Source of the DNA: Octopus sinensis | Taxonomy: Eukaryota | DNA length: 64,000 nt | NCBI RefSeq assembly: GCF_006345805.1 | Contig: NC_043003.1 | Location: forward strand, 85,002,001-85,066,000 | Direction: 5' to 3' | In this document: positions 1 to 12,252 of the stretch, one piece after another | How the letters are laid out: every line of letters starts with the position of its first letter | Numbering within the stretch: the first letter of the stretch is position 1 | Program-made: the position numbers and the translations under genes | Notes under the pieces: model-generated | Told to the model about the DNA's origin: nothing | Database searches by the model: none | The model's input: only the letters and a program-made list of their open reading frames with translations

Positions 1-104
1 TCAGCGTGACGCAGAACAAAAAAACAGGATGCCCTGTTAGCATACGCTGAACGACAACAACACCACCACACCACCATCAGCATCGACAACAGCAACAACT
101 ATAA

Positions 105-1945
105 AACAAGGTCGTAAGGCCAAGCACCGTCACCACCATCAACACCGACACCACCACCATAGCAGCTTCTGCTACGACAACTGCTTCCTCTACCAACAAC
201 AACAAAACCAAGGTCACCGACACCCTCCTTGACAACGCTTACGACGTTGAGTTCCCAACACTGCCTCTACCACAATCTCATAAAGCAGGGGAAATGGGGG
301 AAAACAACACGAACGCAAATGTGAGCATGAACGCTAACATCGCGACCTCCACTCACGAACTGGTAAACAACCTGACTTCACAGTTTACTACTACGACGAA
401 CGACTCTGCCACAAACATCACCACCACCACCACCACCTCCACAAAAAAAATTTCGCGGAAGCCATACGACCGAAAAGAAGGATCTTAAAATTTACTCACC
501 AACAAATACAAGACACAAAGTCCTTGCTCACCAAAGAAGGCGACACAATACATTTAAATATTCCACGGAACATCATAGAAGAAACACAAAAGAAGACCAT
601 CATTTACAGAATACTCAACACCAAAACAAAAAGACCGGAAAGCCTACCTAAAGAAAAAATTGAAAAGTGCCTCTCTTCCGTGTGGAAATTCCGAAATTAT
701 GTGAATTGGGGAAGTAAATTTGCTACCGTGCAAGTTCACTTCCATACGGAAGAACTAGCAAAAAGCTTTTCAACCCTTACTCTGCGCACAGACCAGGTAA
801 CAATGGTACCTAGCTACCTTGGGCACATAATTACGAAAGTCGCAATAAATAATGTGCCGCCAATGGTGAATACCCAGTGGCTGGTATCGGCCATCTGCTT
901 CGATATAGAAGAAGCAGATATTTTAGAAACAGCTGACATTCCAGAGGAAAGCTGGACGGGTAAAAAACTCGAAATATTGCTTCAAATCTCCCAAGAAGTA
1001 ATAAACAATTTACCAGCCTTTGTTCAACTGGCAAACGACCAAAAATTGTATGTAGTGGTGGAGGGCAGGAGACCAAGATGCTATTTATGCAACAGTGAGG
1101 CACACCTTAGATACGAGTGCCCAACTGCTGTCAGAAATAGGCAACAGCAACCACTCTCAAACATGGAAGGAAACCCCTGCTACCACCCTCCTTCAACCCA
1201 AAAGACAGGAAAAACAGCGGACGATACAAAAACTGTTTCCCCCCCACCTCACAACCACATCACCAAGAAGAAATTACCTCCGACATCGCAACCAACAAAA
1301 GAAGCAACATCACCACCATCAAAAGACAAACCAACACCAGCACCAAGAACAACAACCAAAAAACAAATATCAATGACGAAAAGACAAATTCTGCCCCTAA
1401 CACCCACAACACACAAACACCACACAAAACACAACACCTTCTCTACAAACACACATATAGATCCAAACGCTTTGCCTTTACCCTCTTTTGATATTCGGAA
1501 CGTCATCCAACGACGAAAGTTCGACGGAATGGCAAATAGCCACAGGGGGTAAAAGGAAAAGACCCAAAAAAAACAAAACGCAACCAAAGCAGGGAGATAC
1601 CTTAACCCTGAAAGCTCTATACACAACCAAACAAGCACCAACACCACAAAAACACACACAATGCTATCAGCGATAAACACAAAAGACTCCAAACTAATGG
1701 AGTACATCACAGGCTACACAAACATCTGTGAAGATGACTTCAAAACTAACAACCATTCACGCACTACACCACCCAAACACATCAAAATACTACACATCAC
1801 ACAAACACAACACCACAAACTCAAAGCCCTCTTCCCAAATGCTGTTGGGGGTTTCCAAAAATATCTGTCCCAAAAACTTTATAAAAACCTCCTCGAAGAC
1901 ACATCAAAGAACGAGGAAGCCAAAACTTTCGACACAAGTAAGTAA
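105..1945 (+). pseudogene. ORF1 (gag-like, zinc knuckle) of Tx1/L1-clade LINE, frameshifted
   Basis: A reading frame can be rebuilt across frames. A Thr-rich N-terminus (105-447) shifts at the A8 run 443-450 into KKNFAEAIRPK...; a CCHC knuckle RCYLCNSEAHLRYECP lies at ~1075-1125; further shifts at ~1488 and ~1655; stop at 1943-1945, 50 bp before ORF2. The true start is unclear and may lie upstream of the window. Confidence 0.8.
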
Positions 1946-1995
1946 CTCTCTGTACTTTCCTTTTTGTGTTTTAAAGCACACACCCCTATAGAATC

Positions 1996-4900
1996 ATGGT
2001 CAAGATTGGTTGTGTGAATACGCGTGGCTTGGGGTCTCCTTGGAAACAAAGATACCTCCTAAATGACATCAAGTCACACGATTTGGGAATCATAGCCATA
2101 AGTGAGACCAGACTCCACGAGCCACGGGCCCTAAAGTCCATGTTTGGCGGACAGTTTAACATTTATTTTGCTCCCTGTCTGCCGAGGATGGGCGGTAGTG
2201 GCACCACGGTACTTTTTCACAAGAGCCTGGATCTCGAAGTCAAGACGATATTCGTTGACCCGGAGGGTAGACTGGTCGTTCTGGATGTCGACGGCAGCAA
2301 TGGGTGCGCTTTTCGACTCGTATCAGTCTACGCACCGCCTTTAACAGGTCGGCCGGATTTCTTTCGACGTCTAGAAGTATTCCTGGGAACGTCTCGTCCT
2401 TTACTTTTAGTGGGGGATTGGAATGCTACCTTGGACACGCATCTAGACTATGTGGGGAGAGACAAAAACAGAAGGGGATGCAAATTCCTCAGAGACGTGC
2501 TCAGACGATTCCAACTGTCTGACAGGTACCGACTCGACCACCCAAATGCACCAACGTGGACATGGAGCAACCGCAGTGGGTCGTCGAGATCGTATCTAGA
2601 TAGGATACTGTGTAGGACAGTAGACAAGGATAACTTAGGATGTCCACAATTCCATACAGTCAGCTACACGGATCACAAAATTCGTGACGTGTACGCTAGA
2701 CTTAGATAAGGCACATCGACAGGGTCCTGGGTACTGGAAACTGAACGCATCATTCCCGTCCAGACAAGTTTCAGAGACCGGATTAGCACACTAGTAAAGA
2801 GGGCTTTGACGGGAGCCATCATCAACAACAAATGGTGGTTTGCCCTCAAGAGAGCAGTAAAAGCAGAAGCGATTAGGTACAGCAAAGCACTAGCCATAGA
2901 TAGAAATAGAGTAGAGGGTGAGCTAGTTAAGAAGCTAGAAGAGGCAATTAGAAGCGGCATCGCATCCGACGTTTTGGCGGCGAGGTTGGCCCTCGACCAA
3001 CACTTCAACGCCAAACACGAAGGATGTGCTGTCAGAGCTAGGATGCGTGCTCTAAGGAACGAAGGTGTTGGAGCCGCGAGAGAGGCTCGGGTGGCGGAGG
3101 CGCAGCAGGGCAACAAAGCCACCATTCGGTCTCTGGTAGATGAACAAGGGCGCGAATTGCTCGAGCCCAGCAAGATGTGCGAGACATTTTAGCGGTACTT
3201 TGCCCGACTGTACGGGACGAGTGGTGAGCGTGAACGCAGGGTGGATTTCAGTGCTTACCTGCACAGCCTACCACGACTCTCGGCAAGAGAGGCAGAGTGC
3301 TGCGAAGGTGCCATCACGGCGGCAGATGTGCAGGACGCGATGGCAGAATGCTCGAGGGACAAATCGCCGGGTTTGGATGGTCTGCCCTACGAGTTTTACA
3401 ATTGTATGCCAGACTTGTTTGGAGACGTCTTGGCAGCGGTATACTGCCTCTGGCAGCAAAACGGGAGCATACCGGGTTTTGTGAGTCGAGGAGCTGTAAC
3501 ACTGCTGAAGAAAGATCCAAACAAGGGGAACATTATAGATAACTTTAGACCAATCACTCTGCTCAATGCAGACCTGAAAATTTTGACAAAGGTGTTAGCC
3601 AAGAGGTTGGCGCTTGTCATCGAGAAACTGGTCGACAACGCACAAACGTGCGCCGTGCCGGGCAGGAGCATCCATGACAACCTCCATCTGATGCGCTACA
3701 TCATAGACAGGGTAGTTAACGAACCTGGCATGGGTGGGGCCCTGATAACTTGGATCAATCGAAAGCCTTCGATAGGGTAGACCATCGATACTTGGAGGCA
3801 GTCCTGAGAGCGGCTGGTTTCGGTCCCGTCTTCCGCGGCTGGATAGCTGCCTTGTACAGAGGCATCCATTCGGTAATTCGCGTGAATGGACATCTATCGA
3901 GACCTTTCGACATTGCCCGTTCGGTCCGTCAGGGATGCCCCCTCTCGGCGCTTCTATACGTATTGACTCTTGATCCACTACTGCGGAAGCTGGCGACTCT
4001 GAGGGGCATCCCGAGAGAATTGGGATGCGGGACGAGCGTGTCTGCATACGCGGACGACGTCACCGTCATGGTGTCAAGCCACGAGTACATCGAGCGGGTC
4101 GGCGAGACACTGAAAGACTACGAAGCGGTGACAGGAGCAAAAATCAACCGGGAAAAGTCAGTGGGCTTGCGGCTGGGCACCTGGAGAAGCAAGCCCATGC
4201 CGTCCACCAGTACCTCCGTCATGGGACGCTGGACTGACGGCCCGGTTGAGTTGCTCGGGGTCTGGTTCGGTCCGGACCTCCAAATGGAGAAGAACTGGAA
4301 CGAGATAACGAGTAGGGTGGTCACTCTCGCCCAGCAATGGGCCGAGAGGAAACTGTCCCTAAAAGGTCGGGCGGAGGTGGCAAACGCGTACATCGCGTCC
4401 GTCATCTACTACCGCCTGACCGTCGTACCTTGTCCCGACCCTACCATCACCAAACTAGAACGCATCCTCTTCCGCTTCTTGTGGAAAGGATGCGTCCCGA
4501 TGGTCAGGCGATCCATTTGCTGTCAACACCCGTTAAAAGGAGGGCTGGGCATGCCGTGGTTGATGATGCGCAGACACGCACTGAGACTGCGACATCTCCG
4601 GCTCTATGTAGACGACGGTGAACAGGTGTGGTCGCCGTTTGTGAGGCACGCATTCCCGCAACTTGTCTCCATGACCGAACTGCAGTCGTGGATCAAAAAG
4701 AGGCCGAGGAAGGGCGAATGGCACCGCGAGTGTCGCGTTGCTCTCAAGCAACTCTGCCGTCCCGGGTCGACCTTGAGTGACTTCAACACAACCAAAGCAT
4801 TCTATAGGGGATTAGTGGAGGGGAGGTACGACGACGATCTCGGGGCAAACCTGGGCGTCGACGAGGAATACCTGACCCGCCTGTTTCAAACGACTTTCGG

Positions 4901-5432
4901 CCCGGGACCTATGGACAACTTCCAGAGATCCCTGGCCTGGCGGTGCTACCGAGAAGCGCTACCCGTTCGGGATAAGCTCTATAGGCATGGCTCGAGAAAC
5001 ACGGGGCCGACCTGCCCGAGATGCGGGCAGAGCGACGAAACCGCTCTGCACGCAATCGTGCAGTGTCCAGCAATTTCCCACCTGTCGGCTTATGTCGAAC
5101 GACTGCTGTCACGTGTGGGACGTGTCGGTTTATCAGCCGAGTCTATCGTTAATATCGTCACGCCTCCTTCCTTCAAACGGGAAGGAAGAGCTATTTTTAT
5201 CATACTTGTGGCTATGGCGAAAGAATGTATCTGGTGGACGCGCCTGAAAGGATTAGAGACAAACACTTTCCTCTCTGGTCAATCTCTCATCAACTTCTTC
5301 AATTATCACTTGAGGAGGAAAGTGAGAGTAGAGAGGCAAGTTTTGTCTAGTGAATGTTTTAAAAAAAGATGGGTGAATGTAGCAAGGATGGCACGTATGA
5401 ATGACGAAGCCACCTTGACTATGATTCTATGA
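1996..5432 (+). pseudogene. ORF2 (APE endonuclease + reverse transcriptase + zf-RVT) of Tx1/L1-clade LINE with 4 lesions
   Basis: APE motifs IGCVNTRGL, ISET, GDWN, SYLDRI, TDHK. GYWKLNAS linker. RT motifs FRPITLLNADLKIL, DQSKAFDRVDH, VRQGCPLS, YADD. C-terminal CPRCGQSDETALHAIVQC. Lesions: +1 in A4 at 2677-2680, compensating -1 near 2755, in-frame TAG at 3190-3192, -1 at ~3748. Confidence 0.95.
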
Positions 5433-5794
5433 ACCATAAAAATTAATACAGAGAGTTGCTTATTTGCAAAAAAAAAAAAATAAAAGAAAGAAATATAACA
5501 TGTGACTTCATTGACCGAGGTTACCGTGGTCTTTTCCGTAGGCTTTTCTTTCCGCGGGTAAATCTCATCTGTCTTCCCTTTACACTTCATATTGACATTA
5601 CTGTGATAACGATCCCTATTGATCAATTTTTTTCCCTCCCCCCTTTTTTTTAACCCCCCCTTTTTTTGTCCTCTTCTTCTCCTTTTACGATCCCTTTTGA
5701 TCGAACCCCCCTTTCTTTTTTTCCTTCAAAAGAAAAGCTCTACCTTGTAATTTGTTCTATCTGTGTGCAGCCCTGTGTGGCTAATAAAGAAACA

Positions 5795-5847
<53 letters not shown>

Positions 5848-5868
5848 GTCTATCTATCTCTCTATCTC

Positions 5869-5914
<46 letters not shown>

Positions 5915-5947
5915 CATCTATCTATCTGTTTATATATCTATCTATCC

Positions 5948-5980
<33 letters not shown>

Positions 5981-6002
5981 ACTATCTATCTATCTATCTA
6001 TC
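5795..6002. repeat. (TATC)n microsatellite abutting the LINE 3' end
   Basis: About 50 TATC units with few variants. Confidence 0.97.
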
Positions 6003-6120
6003 CACACACACGTATACAATTTTAAATTCGATATTTGACTGTCCAGCTATTTGATCTATTACTCCCACCTACTTCATGAAGTAGCGTATGAAGTAGCGTA
6101 TGAAGTGGATGAGTATTCCA

Positions 6121-6149
6121 TGTGTGCGTGCGTGTGTGTGTGTGTGTGA

Positions 6150-6211
<62 letters not shown>
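6121..6211. repeat. (GT)n microsatellite (similar tracts at 6944-7006, 7110-7165, 7617-7690)
   Basis: Direct inspection. Confidence 0.95.
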
Positions 6212-6213
<2 letters not shown>

Positions 6214-6762
6214 CATTAACGATATACATGTGAAAGTTATAGTTGCTAAGTCAATTGATATTAGGTCACATCTATGACGAGATCTTTAATTCATATCACC
6301 ACAACCCAGCTAGTTGTACTGTATATAAGTGCCAATACAGTACTGGAAATGGTGACAACACTATATAACTAACAAGTGATTTCTTCGCTTGCATGCCGGG
6401 ATTTAGATTCCATTATAAGTTTGCAAAGTGCAAATGATTCAATTCCAGTGTATCTCAGAATATACTCTTGCGTTTTTTCGTCATGAACGAATACTATGTC
6501 TTAAGTAGAGTAATATAATCTCCACTTAAACGTGGGTGTTCTGTTAGAAGAAACTATACTATGGTAGATACCACGAGAGAAACTCTCATATTGGTTTTTG
6601 GTGTAAAAATGTACACTTAGTTATATCGCTAGCAGGGAGATAACTCTCCACCACCTCCAGTGCTGCTTCAGCGGCGCTCTGTATAAACAAGGGTTGTGGT
6701 GGGAGAGGTTTAGTTTTCATGAGCACCATTACATAAAATGCATAAATATATGTTTTTTTCAG

Positions 6763-6912
6763 GTTCGCCAAACTCAAGAACACTTCTGAAAAAGTTTTGC
6801 AATGATGAAAATCCGATATTCCAAACTGAAACGAAATCATTCCATGTGATGTTCTACTCCGCGCACCCTATAGTGGATGTATCATTCGTAGCAAAGTACG
6901 AACTTCTCTCAC
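6763..6912 (+). CDS. Exon of CUB-domain membrane protein: C-terminal half of a CUB domain
   Basis: Acceptor tttttttcag|, donor |gtaaga, 150 nt, phase 1/1. Reads (G)SPNSRTLLKKFCNDENPIFQTETKSFHVMFYSAHPIVDVSFVAKYELLS, matching the CUB pattern L..FC...P......V.F.S......F.A.Y. Confidence 0.8.
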
Positions 6913-6940
6913 GTAAGACCTTATGCGGGTTGTTTTGCTG

Positions 6941-7008
<68 letters not shown>

Positions 7009-7121
7009 GTGTGAGCTCAATGTTTACATGAACAACACAAAAGATGCATGCATAAACGACTTTTAAATTCATTCAGCACCACATATGCACACACTAATAG
7101 AAACTCTCTCGCACGCAGGCA

Positions 7122-7160
<39 letters not shown>

Positions 7161-7941
7161 ACGCACGCACGTATGCATACACACATAAACGCTGACAGCG
7201 ACTACTTTTCGCTTGACAATTTTAAAAGTCAAACAAAATTTTATAAGTTTCAGTGAAAAGGAATTTTATAAGCATGATTCTACTGTCAATATTGTCCCCC
7301 CTCATCAGTAATGTTTTGTTGTTATATCTGGACTTGCGTTAGCATAATGACTGCCAATATACATCAGAAAACAGAGAGTTTGAGGGAGCCACAACTGTTG
7401 GAAGTTCGAAGTCACCGTTAAACTTTTCCTTTTCAAATATAAAATTACTGTTCAAATATAATACCCTATGTAATATAACTGTACATATAAGCAAATATAT
7501 ATATATATTTATTTATCGTTTCGTAACCATATTGTTGGAAACAGATTTGCCCCGTAATCAATTGTGAGTGGTCATTAAAGTTGTGATGAACTGTTTCTTC
7601 GTCTTCTTATTTGGATTGTGTGTGTGTGTGTGTCTGTGTGTGTGTGTGTGCGCGTCTGCATGTGTATGTATATATGTATGTATGTGCGCTCGCCTATGTT
7701 TGTGTTTATTGTCTTTAGGTGTTCGTAGTGTGTTTCTTATGCTTGTATGTGCGTGTGGACACAGTGACTCGCGCATTATAGTTCGAACGTTAGGTCATAT
7801 AAATATTGATATTGTTAAATTTGCAAGAAGATCGTTACCATATGTTTATATATGTCATTGCTGAATGTATTACACAGTTTACATGCAGATGTTGAATTTT
7901 TCTCACATATAATCACTCCTTAATAACTTTTGTTTTGCTAG

Positions 7942-8032
7942 CGACTCTTGAGTTATATAATGATTCATATATGGTGGCTGATGATGAGAAACAGTATTTT
8001 ACATCACCAGATTTTTTCAACCAAACTGACAT
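7942..8032 (+). CDS. Exon of CUB-domain membrane protein: N-terminal part of the next CUB domain
   Basis: Acceptor ttttgttttgctag|, donor |gtaagt, 91 nt, phase 1/2. Reads (P)TLELYNDSYMVADDEKQYFTSPDFFNQTD, containing the CUB (F/I)TSP.(F/Y) motif. Confidence 0.8.
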
Positions 8033-8179
8033 GTAAGTATAAATCAAATTTACGGCTCTCCACCATGACAATACAGAAATGTTACACAAACAAATACAAT
8101 GTATCAAAAATATTATTAACCATATCAATTATTAAAAGTTAAGCGGGGGGTTTGAGGTTAAAAAGTTTGTTTTGCAACT

Positions 8180-8320
8180 GAGGAGTTTCGTGTAAAGTCC
8201 CATGTACGATACCTTCGGCAAGTGTCTTCCATTGTACCGGGTCGACCAATACCTAGTGAGTGAATTTGGTAGCCAAAAACTGTGTGGAAGCCTGTCGTGT
8301 ATTCATATCTATCTGTTTAT
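8180..8320 (+). mobile_element. Degenerate SINE body (same family as 60727-61150)
   Basis: ggcaagtgtcttcc...ggtcgaccaatacctagtgagtgaatttggtag...gaagcctgtcgt aligns with the body of the 60.7 kb copy. Confidence 0.7.
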
Positions 8321-8479
8321 AGCTATACTTGTCTCTCTCCCACTCCCTAAGTCTCTCTCTCTCTCTGTATATGTATATATATATATATATATATATTGCA
8401 TCAGCATGGCCGCAGCTCTGAGCTGAAACTAGAATATATATATATATATATATATATATAGTTGGAATTTACCAAAAAG

Positions 8480-8640
8480 AACAAAGCAAAAGACGAAGGC
8501 GGGTGTGTAAACAACAAACAGATGTATTAGTTTAACACTCGGGAAGTGAGAAAGTCTTTTACGTTTCAAGCCTACGCGCTTCAACAGGAGGGAACACAGA
8601 TAAAAGCAGAGAGAGAAAATAAGAAAGGTTTAGCGATCAA
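8480..8640 (-). mobile_element. Penelope-type terminal-repeat fragment with degenerate hammerhead-like core
   Basis: The minus strand of 8555-8590 reads cCTGTTGAagc...gcttGAAACGTa, a variant of the CTGANGA...GAAACGT motif seen at 16.2 and 58.9 kb. Confidence 0.4.
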
Positions 8641-9179
8641 TCATGGGGATCAATCACGCACACATATTTATATATGTGGAACTCGAACCCACACCTCTTT
8701 GTTTACGCGGCCAAGTGTGCTACCGATTACACTAGCGAACTAACTTGCATTTTTTGTCTAGTATGTAATAAAATGTCTAAAAGCATGGCCGGGCTTAAAA
8801 GTCATATAAGAGCATCATATGGCAACAGTCATGAATCATTTCAGTAAGTCTTCTTGACAATGGCTTTTCTCGTATAACAAGGATGCAGCTGGGGATACAT
8901 GTGTGTGTGTGTGATAATAAGATCCAAACATCTAAGGGTAGGAAATGTGTAAGCTGCGAGAAAAGGATCTGCTTGCTAGGAAACATATGTAGTCTGGATT
9001 TTACCTGCCCTGCTCCCTCAATTTGGATATATGTTTATACATACATACATGTATATATATATATCCATAATTAATAATAATTTTATTTTATAATCTTAAA
9101 GCAATCACCGTGCAATGACTAAAGAAAATAGTCTAAGAATTGGGCATATAAACTCCACCCCCTTAACAGAAAGAAAGTA

Positions 9180-9390
9180 GGTTTTCCGTACGCGTGGTAC
9201 TCGAACCCAGACCTCTTTGTTTACGCGGCCAAGTGTGCTACCGTTTACACTAGCGTACCAACTTGCATTTTTTTTTTATCACATTTAAGAATTATAATTA
9301 GTAGGTTCACTAGTGTCATCGCTAGCACACTTGGTCTTGTAAACAAAGAGGTATGAGTTCGAGTAGCACGCGTACGGAAAACCTTCATTT
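9180..9390. mobile_element. Two inverted copies of a tRNA-derived element head (third partial copy at 8685-8745)
   Basis: The minus copy reads GCTAGTGTAAACGGTAGC...GGTTCGAGTACC (A-box and B-box-like). A plus copy at ~9308-9385 is ~45 bp away. Confidence 0.65.
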
Positions 9391-9444
9391 ACCTTTGTGA
9401 AGAGTTACGTCAATCCTTTTAAAATATTATTATTATTAGTGCAA

Positions 9445-9630
9445 GTTGGCAGAATTGTATCTAGCATTTCCTGTGACTCTTTACGTTTTAGATCAAATCC
9501 CTCAGAAGTCACTCTGCTTTTCATCCCGCCTTAGGACAAAGTAAAGTGCCGGTCAAGTGCTAGGCGCGATAGTATCGACTAACGACCTACCTTCACAATT
9601 ACTGGCCTTGTGCCTAAATTAGAACCTATT
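9445..9630 (+). mobile_element. Degenerate SINE (family of 18339-18567)
   Basis: ggcagaattg...ttttcatcc...tatcgactaac...actggccttgtgcctaaattagaa resembles the other copies; a similar remnant is at ~21540-21750. Confidence 0.55.
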
Positions 9631-9984
9631 GCTTTTGTTGTAATTGTTCTTGTTATTGTTGTAATTGTTTTATATAGTCATTGTTGTATTTCGGAATGGT
9701 CATTTTGCCTGTTTAGCCAATAAAAACACATGCACTATATATTTGGTGCTACTCTGCTTCAGTGTTATTTATTTTTTACATTAATCTTAATCTTATTTCG
9801 GCCAGAGTTCTTTCGTCACACTCCTGTGACCACATCAGTGGTCCTTCGTTTTCTTCTCACTTATTTGTGTCTCTCCTTACTAACCGTCAGCCATTTTGTA
9901 TTTCTATTGTATGTGTCTTCGTTTTATATAGTCATATTTTACATAGCCATGTTTTACATAGTCATGTTTTGCTTTTTTGTTTAG

Positions 9985-10118
9985 TCCAATGAATATTCAA
10001 TGGATTGTTATGGCAAAGGAAATGAATGACGTTATCGTTCTTGAGCTTGCTTACTCTGGAATGCCCCAGTCTTACAATTGCAGAGAAGCAGCCCTTCGGG
10101 TCTATGATAATGTATCAG
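9985..10118 (+). CDS. Exon of CUB-domain membrane protein: middle of CUB domain
   Basis: Acceptor gcttttttgtttag|, donor |gtaaat, 134 nt, phase 2/1, matching both neighbours. Reads (I)PMNIQWIVMAKEMNDVIVLELAYSGMPQSYNCREAALRVYDNVS, fitting the CUB pattern W.I.A....I.L.......C....L.VYD. Confidence 0.82.
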
Positions 10119-10848
10119 GTAAATATCCAGCTATTCATGCACTTAAAATACTTAGAGACGGAGTTGTAAGGAAAATTAATAGTAAAAGAGATGCTAATAT
10201 ACTTGATGAAATGAATCATAATGTTGAATTTAAATAACTTGCGCCATTAGAATTTATATCTTAGTATCCACTTTACTCCGCGTCGTCCGAAGCAGACTTC
10301 GTGTTTCTGCAGATTTAGAACCACTACGTTCTGAAGAAGAGAATTTGCTGTTATTTTGCTCCTCCAGCTGGTTTGATCCTCCAGCTTGTAATTCGCTGCA
10401 ATCTGCATCCGATATATATTGCAAGCAGGAGACTGGACCCCTACCATATTCCAGACACCATACCACCAAACTGCACGTTCTCGACATTTTTGTGGTCATC
10501 CTCGGTGGTGGATACTCGTCTACTAGAGATAGCAATAGTTCACTCTTGCTCGCGTTATACAGAAAATAAGTGAGAGACAGTCACTGATTTTGCAACAAGC
10601 AAATTATCGAGATGATAAAATCTCCTTAAGAGATAAAAGCAATAAATACGCTGAGAAGCAAAGTTTATTGCCACTTAAGCATGGCTGTTTTCAGATTGCA
10701 TGGAATAACCCGCTGGAGGAGGCGTCCTTCAGAGGTTAAAAAATAGCAGTAACGTCGGTTCCTACGGAACTGTCATGTTTAAGACGTGATGAACGTTACT
10801 TCTCAGTATAGTTATTGCTTCATCTATATATAGCTACTTTCCTTGTGT

Positions 10849-10850
<2 letters not shown>

Positions 10851-10908
<58 letters not shown>

Positions 10909-11313
10909 ATATATGTATATATATATATATACATCTTTGTATATATGTATATATATATATATATACATGTATGTATATATGTATATATATATATATACAT
11001 CTTTGTATATATGTATATATATATATATATATACATCTTTGTATATATGTATATATATATATACATCTTTGTATATATGTATATATAAATATATATATAT
11101 ACATGTATGTATATATGTACATATATATATATATACATGTATGTATATATGTATATATATATATACATGTATGTATATATGTATATATATATATATACAT
11201 ATATGTATATATGTATATATATATATATATGCATATACATATGCATGTATGTATATATATATATATATATATATGCATATACATATGCATATATATATAT
11301 ATGCATATACATA

Positions 11314-11349
<36 letters not shown>

Positions 11350-11397
11350 TATACATATGCATATATATATATATATATATATATATGCATATACATA

Positions 11398-11435
<38 letters not shown>

Positions 11436-11500
11436 TATACATATGCATATATATATATGCATATATATACATATGCATATATATATATATGCAATTATAT

Positions 11501-11561
<61 letters not shown>
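10851..11561. repeat. Complex (TA)n microsatellite with higher-order variant units (CATGTATG, CATCTTTG, GCATATACATATGC)
   Basis: Direct inspection; source of the spurious YI-repeat ORFs. Confidence 0.97.
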
Positions 11562-11566
<5 letters not shown>

Positions 11567-11569
11567 AAT

Positions 11570-11692
11570 GTATGTTTACATTTGACAGAAATTTTGACGG
11601 GAATATTCCACTAGTATTCCTTGAGTTGGTGTTTATGAATGTATTCCATAACAGGAATTTTCTACGCTTTGAGAATGGTCACTTTTTTCTTG
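11570..11692 (-). mobile_element. Short fragment of the R4-like LINE family also present at 62.5-63.4 kb
   Basis: The reverse complement closely matches 62860-62985 (…gttatggaatacattca(t/c)aaaca(c/a)caact(c/t)aaggaa…gtggaatattccc(g/a)tcaaaa(t/c)ttctgtcaaatgtaaacat). Confidence 0.8.
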
Positions 11693-12144
11693 AAGACCAG
11701 CTTCGTCCAGGAGGGACGTCGACCTCCCGAACGAATGAAAACATTATGAAAACTCATGAACTAATCTTGTAGGACCGTCACTGAACAATTGACAAACTTG
11801 TTGACACAACTGGGGCGTCCTGGAGCGCCTGCCAACGAATTTTGAACGAAAAATTGCGAATTAAAAGAGTTGCAGCAAAATTTGTGCCTCGCTTGCTCAT
11901 GGAAGATCAAAAGTAGTCACGACTGAATGTGATGACGAAAGCTGGTGCTACAGAATTTGCAGATGTGGAAGAGACTAAGAAAAAAACGACAGAGGCGTTA
12001 AACGACATCCCTTCGGAATAGGTCCAGCACTACTTCGAGGAGTAGAAAACAAATGGAGAATACTTTGAAAGCGATAAAAGTGTAAATGTAAAACTAAGTG
12101 AATAAAATAATATTGCAAAATTCCGGTTTCTTCTGGGTACCCCC
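11692..12144 (+). mobile_element. Internally deleted mariner transposon fragment with 3' TIR
   Basis: Translates to mariner HTH/linker ([14 protein letters not shown]...ILNEKLRIKRVAAKFVPRLL), then DESWCY, then the C-terminus (FADVEETK...GEYFE). Ends ttccggtttcttctgggtacccc followed by TA. Confidence 0.85.
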
Positions 12145-12252
12145 TATTATGTTTGCATTAATAATACTCGTATGGTTGTATTAATGCTCTAACAGTCTCT
12201 ACATTAAACTTTATTCTTATTCTTTGCATCATTGTTGTTTTCTCATCGGCAG

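Larger units (their letters stand above)
1..5794 (+). mobile_element. Near full-length Tx1/L1-clade non-LTR retrotransposon (5' end probably outside window)
   Basis: ORF1 + 50-bp spacer + ORF2 + pyrimidine-rich 3' UTR, with AATAAA at 5783-5788 just before a (TATC)n tract. Confidence 0.9.

Noticed and set aside
8685-9390. Functional tRNA genes
   Set aside because: A and B boxes are present, but the acceptor and anticodon stems are not cleanly paired and the copies are diverged; treated as tRNA-derived repeat heads.
10313-10569. GC-richer stretch with an acceptor (tttctgcag) and an 85-codon open frame inside the CUB gene
   Set aside because: It has no convincing CUB or other motif in a single frame and ends in a stop directly before a donor-like site. 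The 12253 exon completes the domain in phase. Likely a decayed repeat.
10815-11772. Long YI/IY-repeat ORFs, and similar ORFs over other microsatellites (5666-6025, 15237-15777, 17357-18016, 23342-23728, 25712-26349, 62167-62571)
   Set aside because: These are translations of simple repeats or low-complexity DNA. Only the 3' part of 15490-15858 is real (the TM exon).
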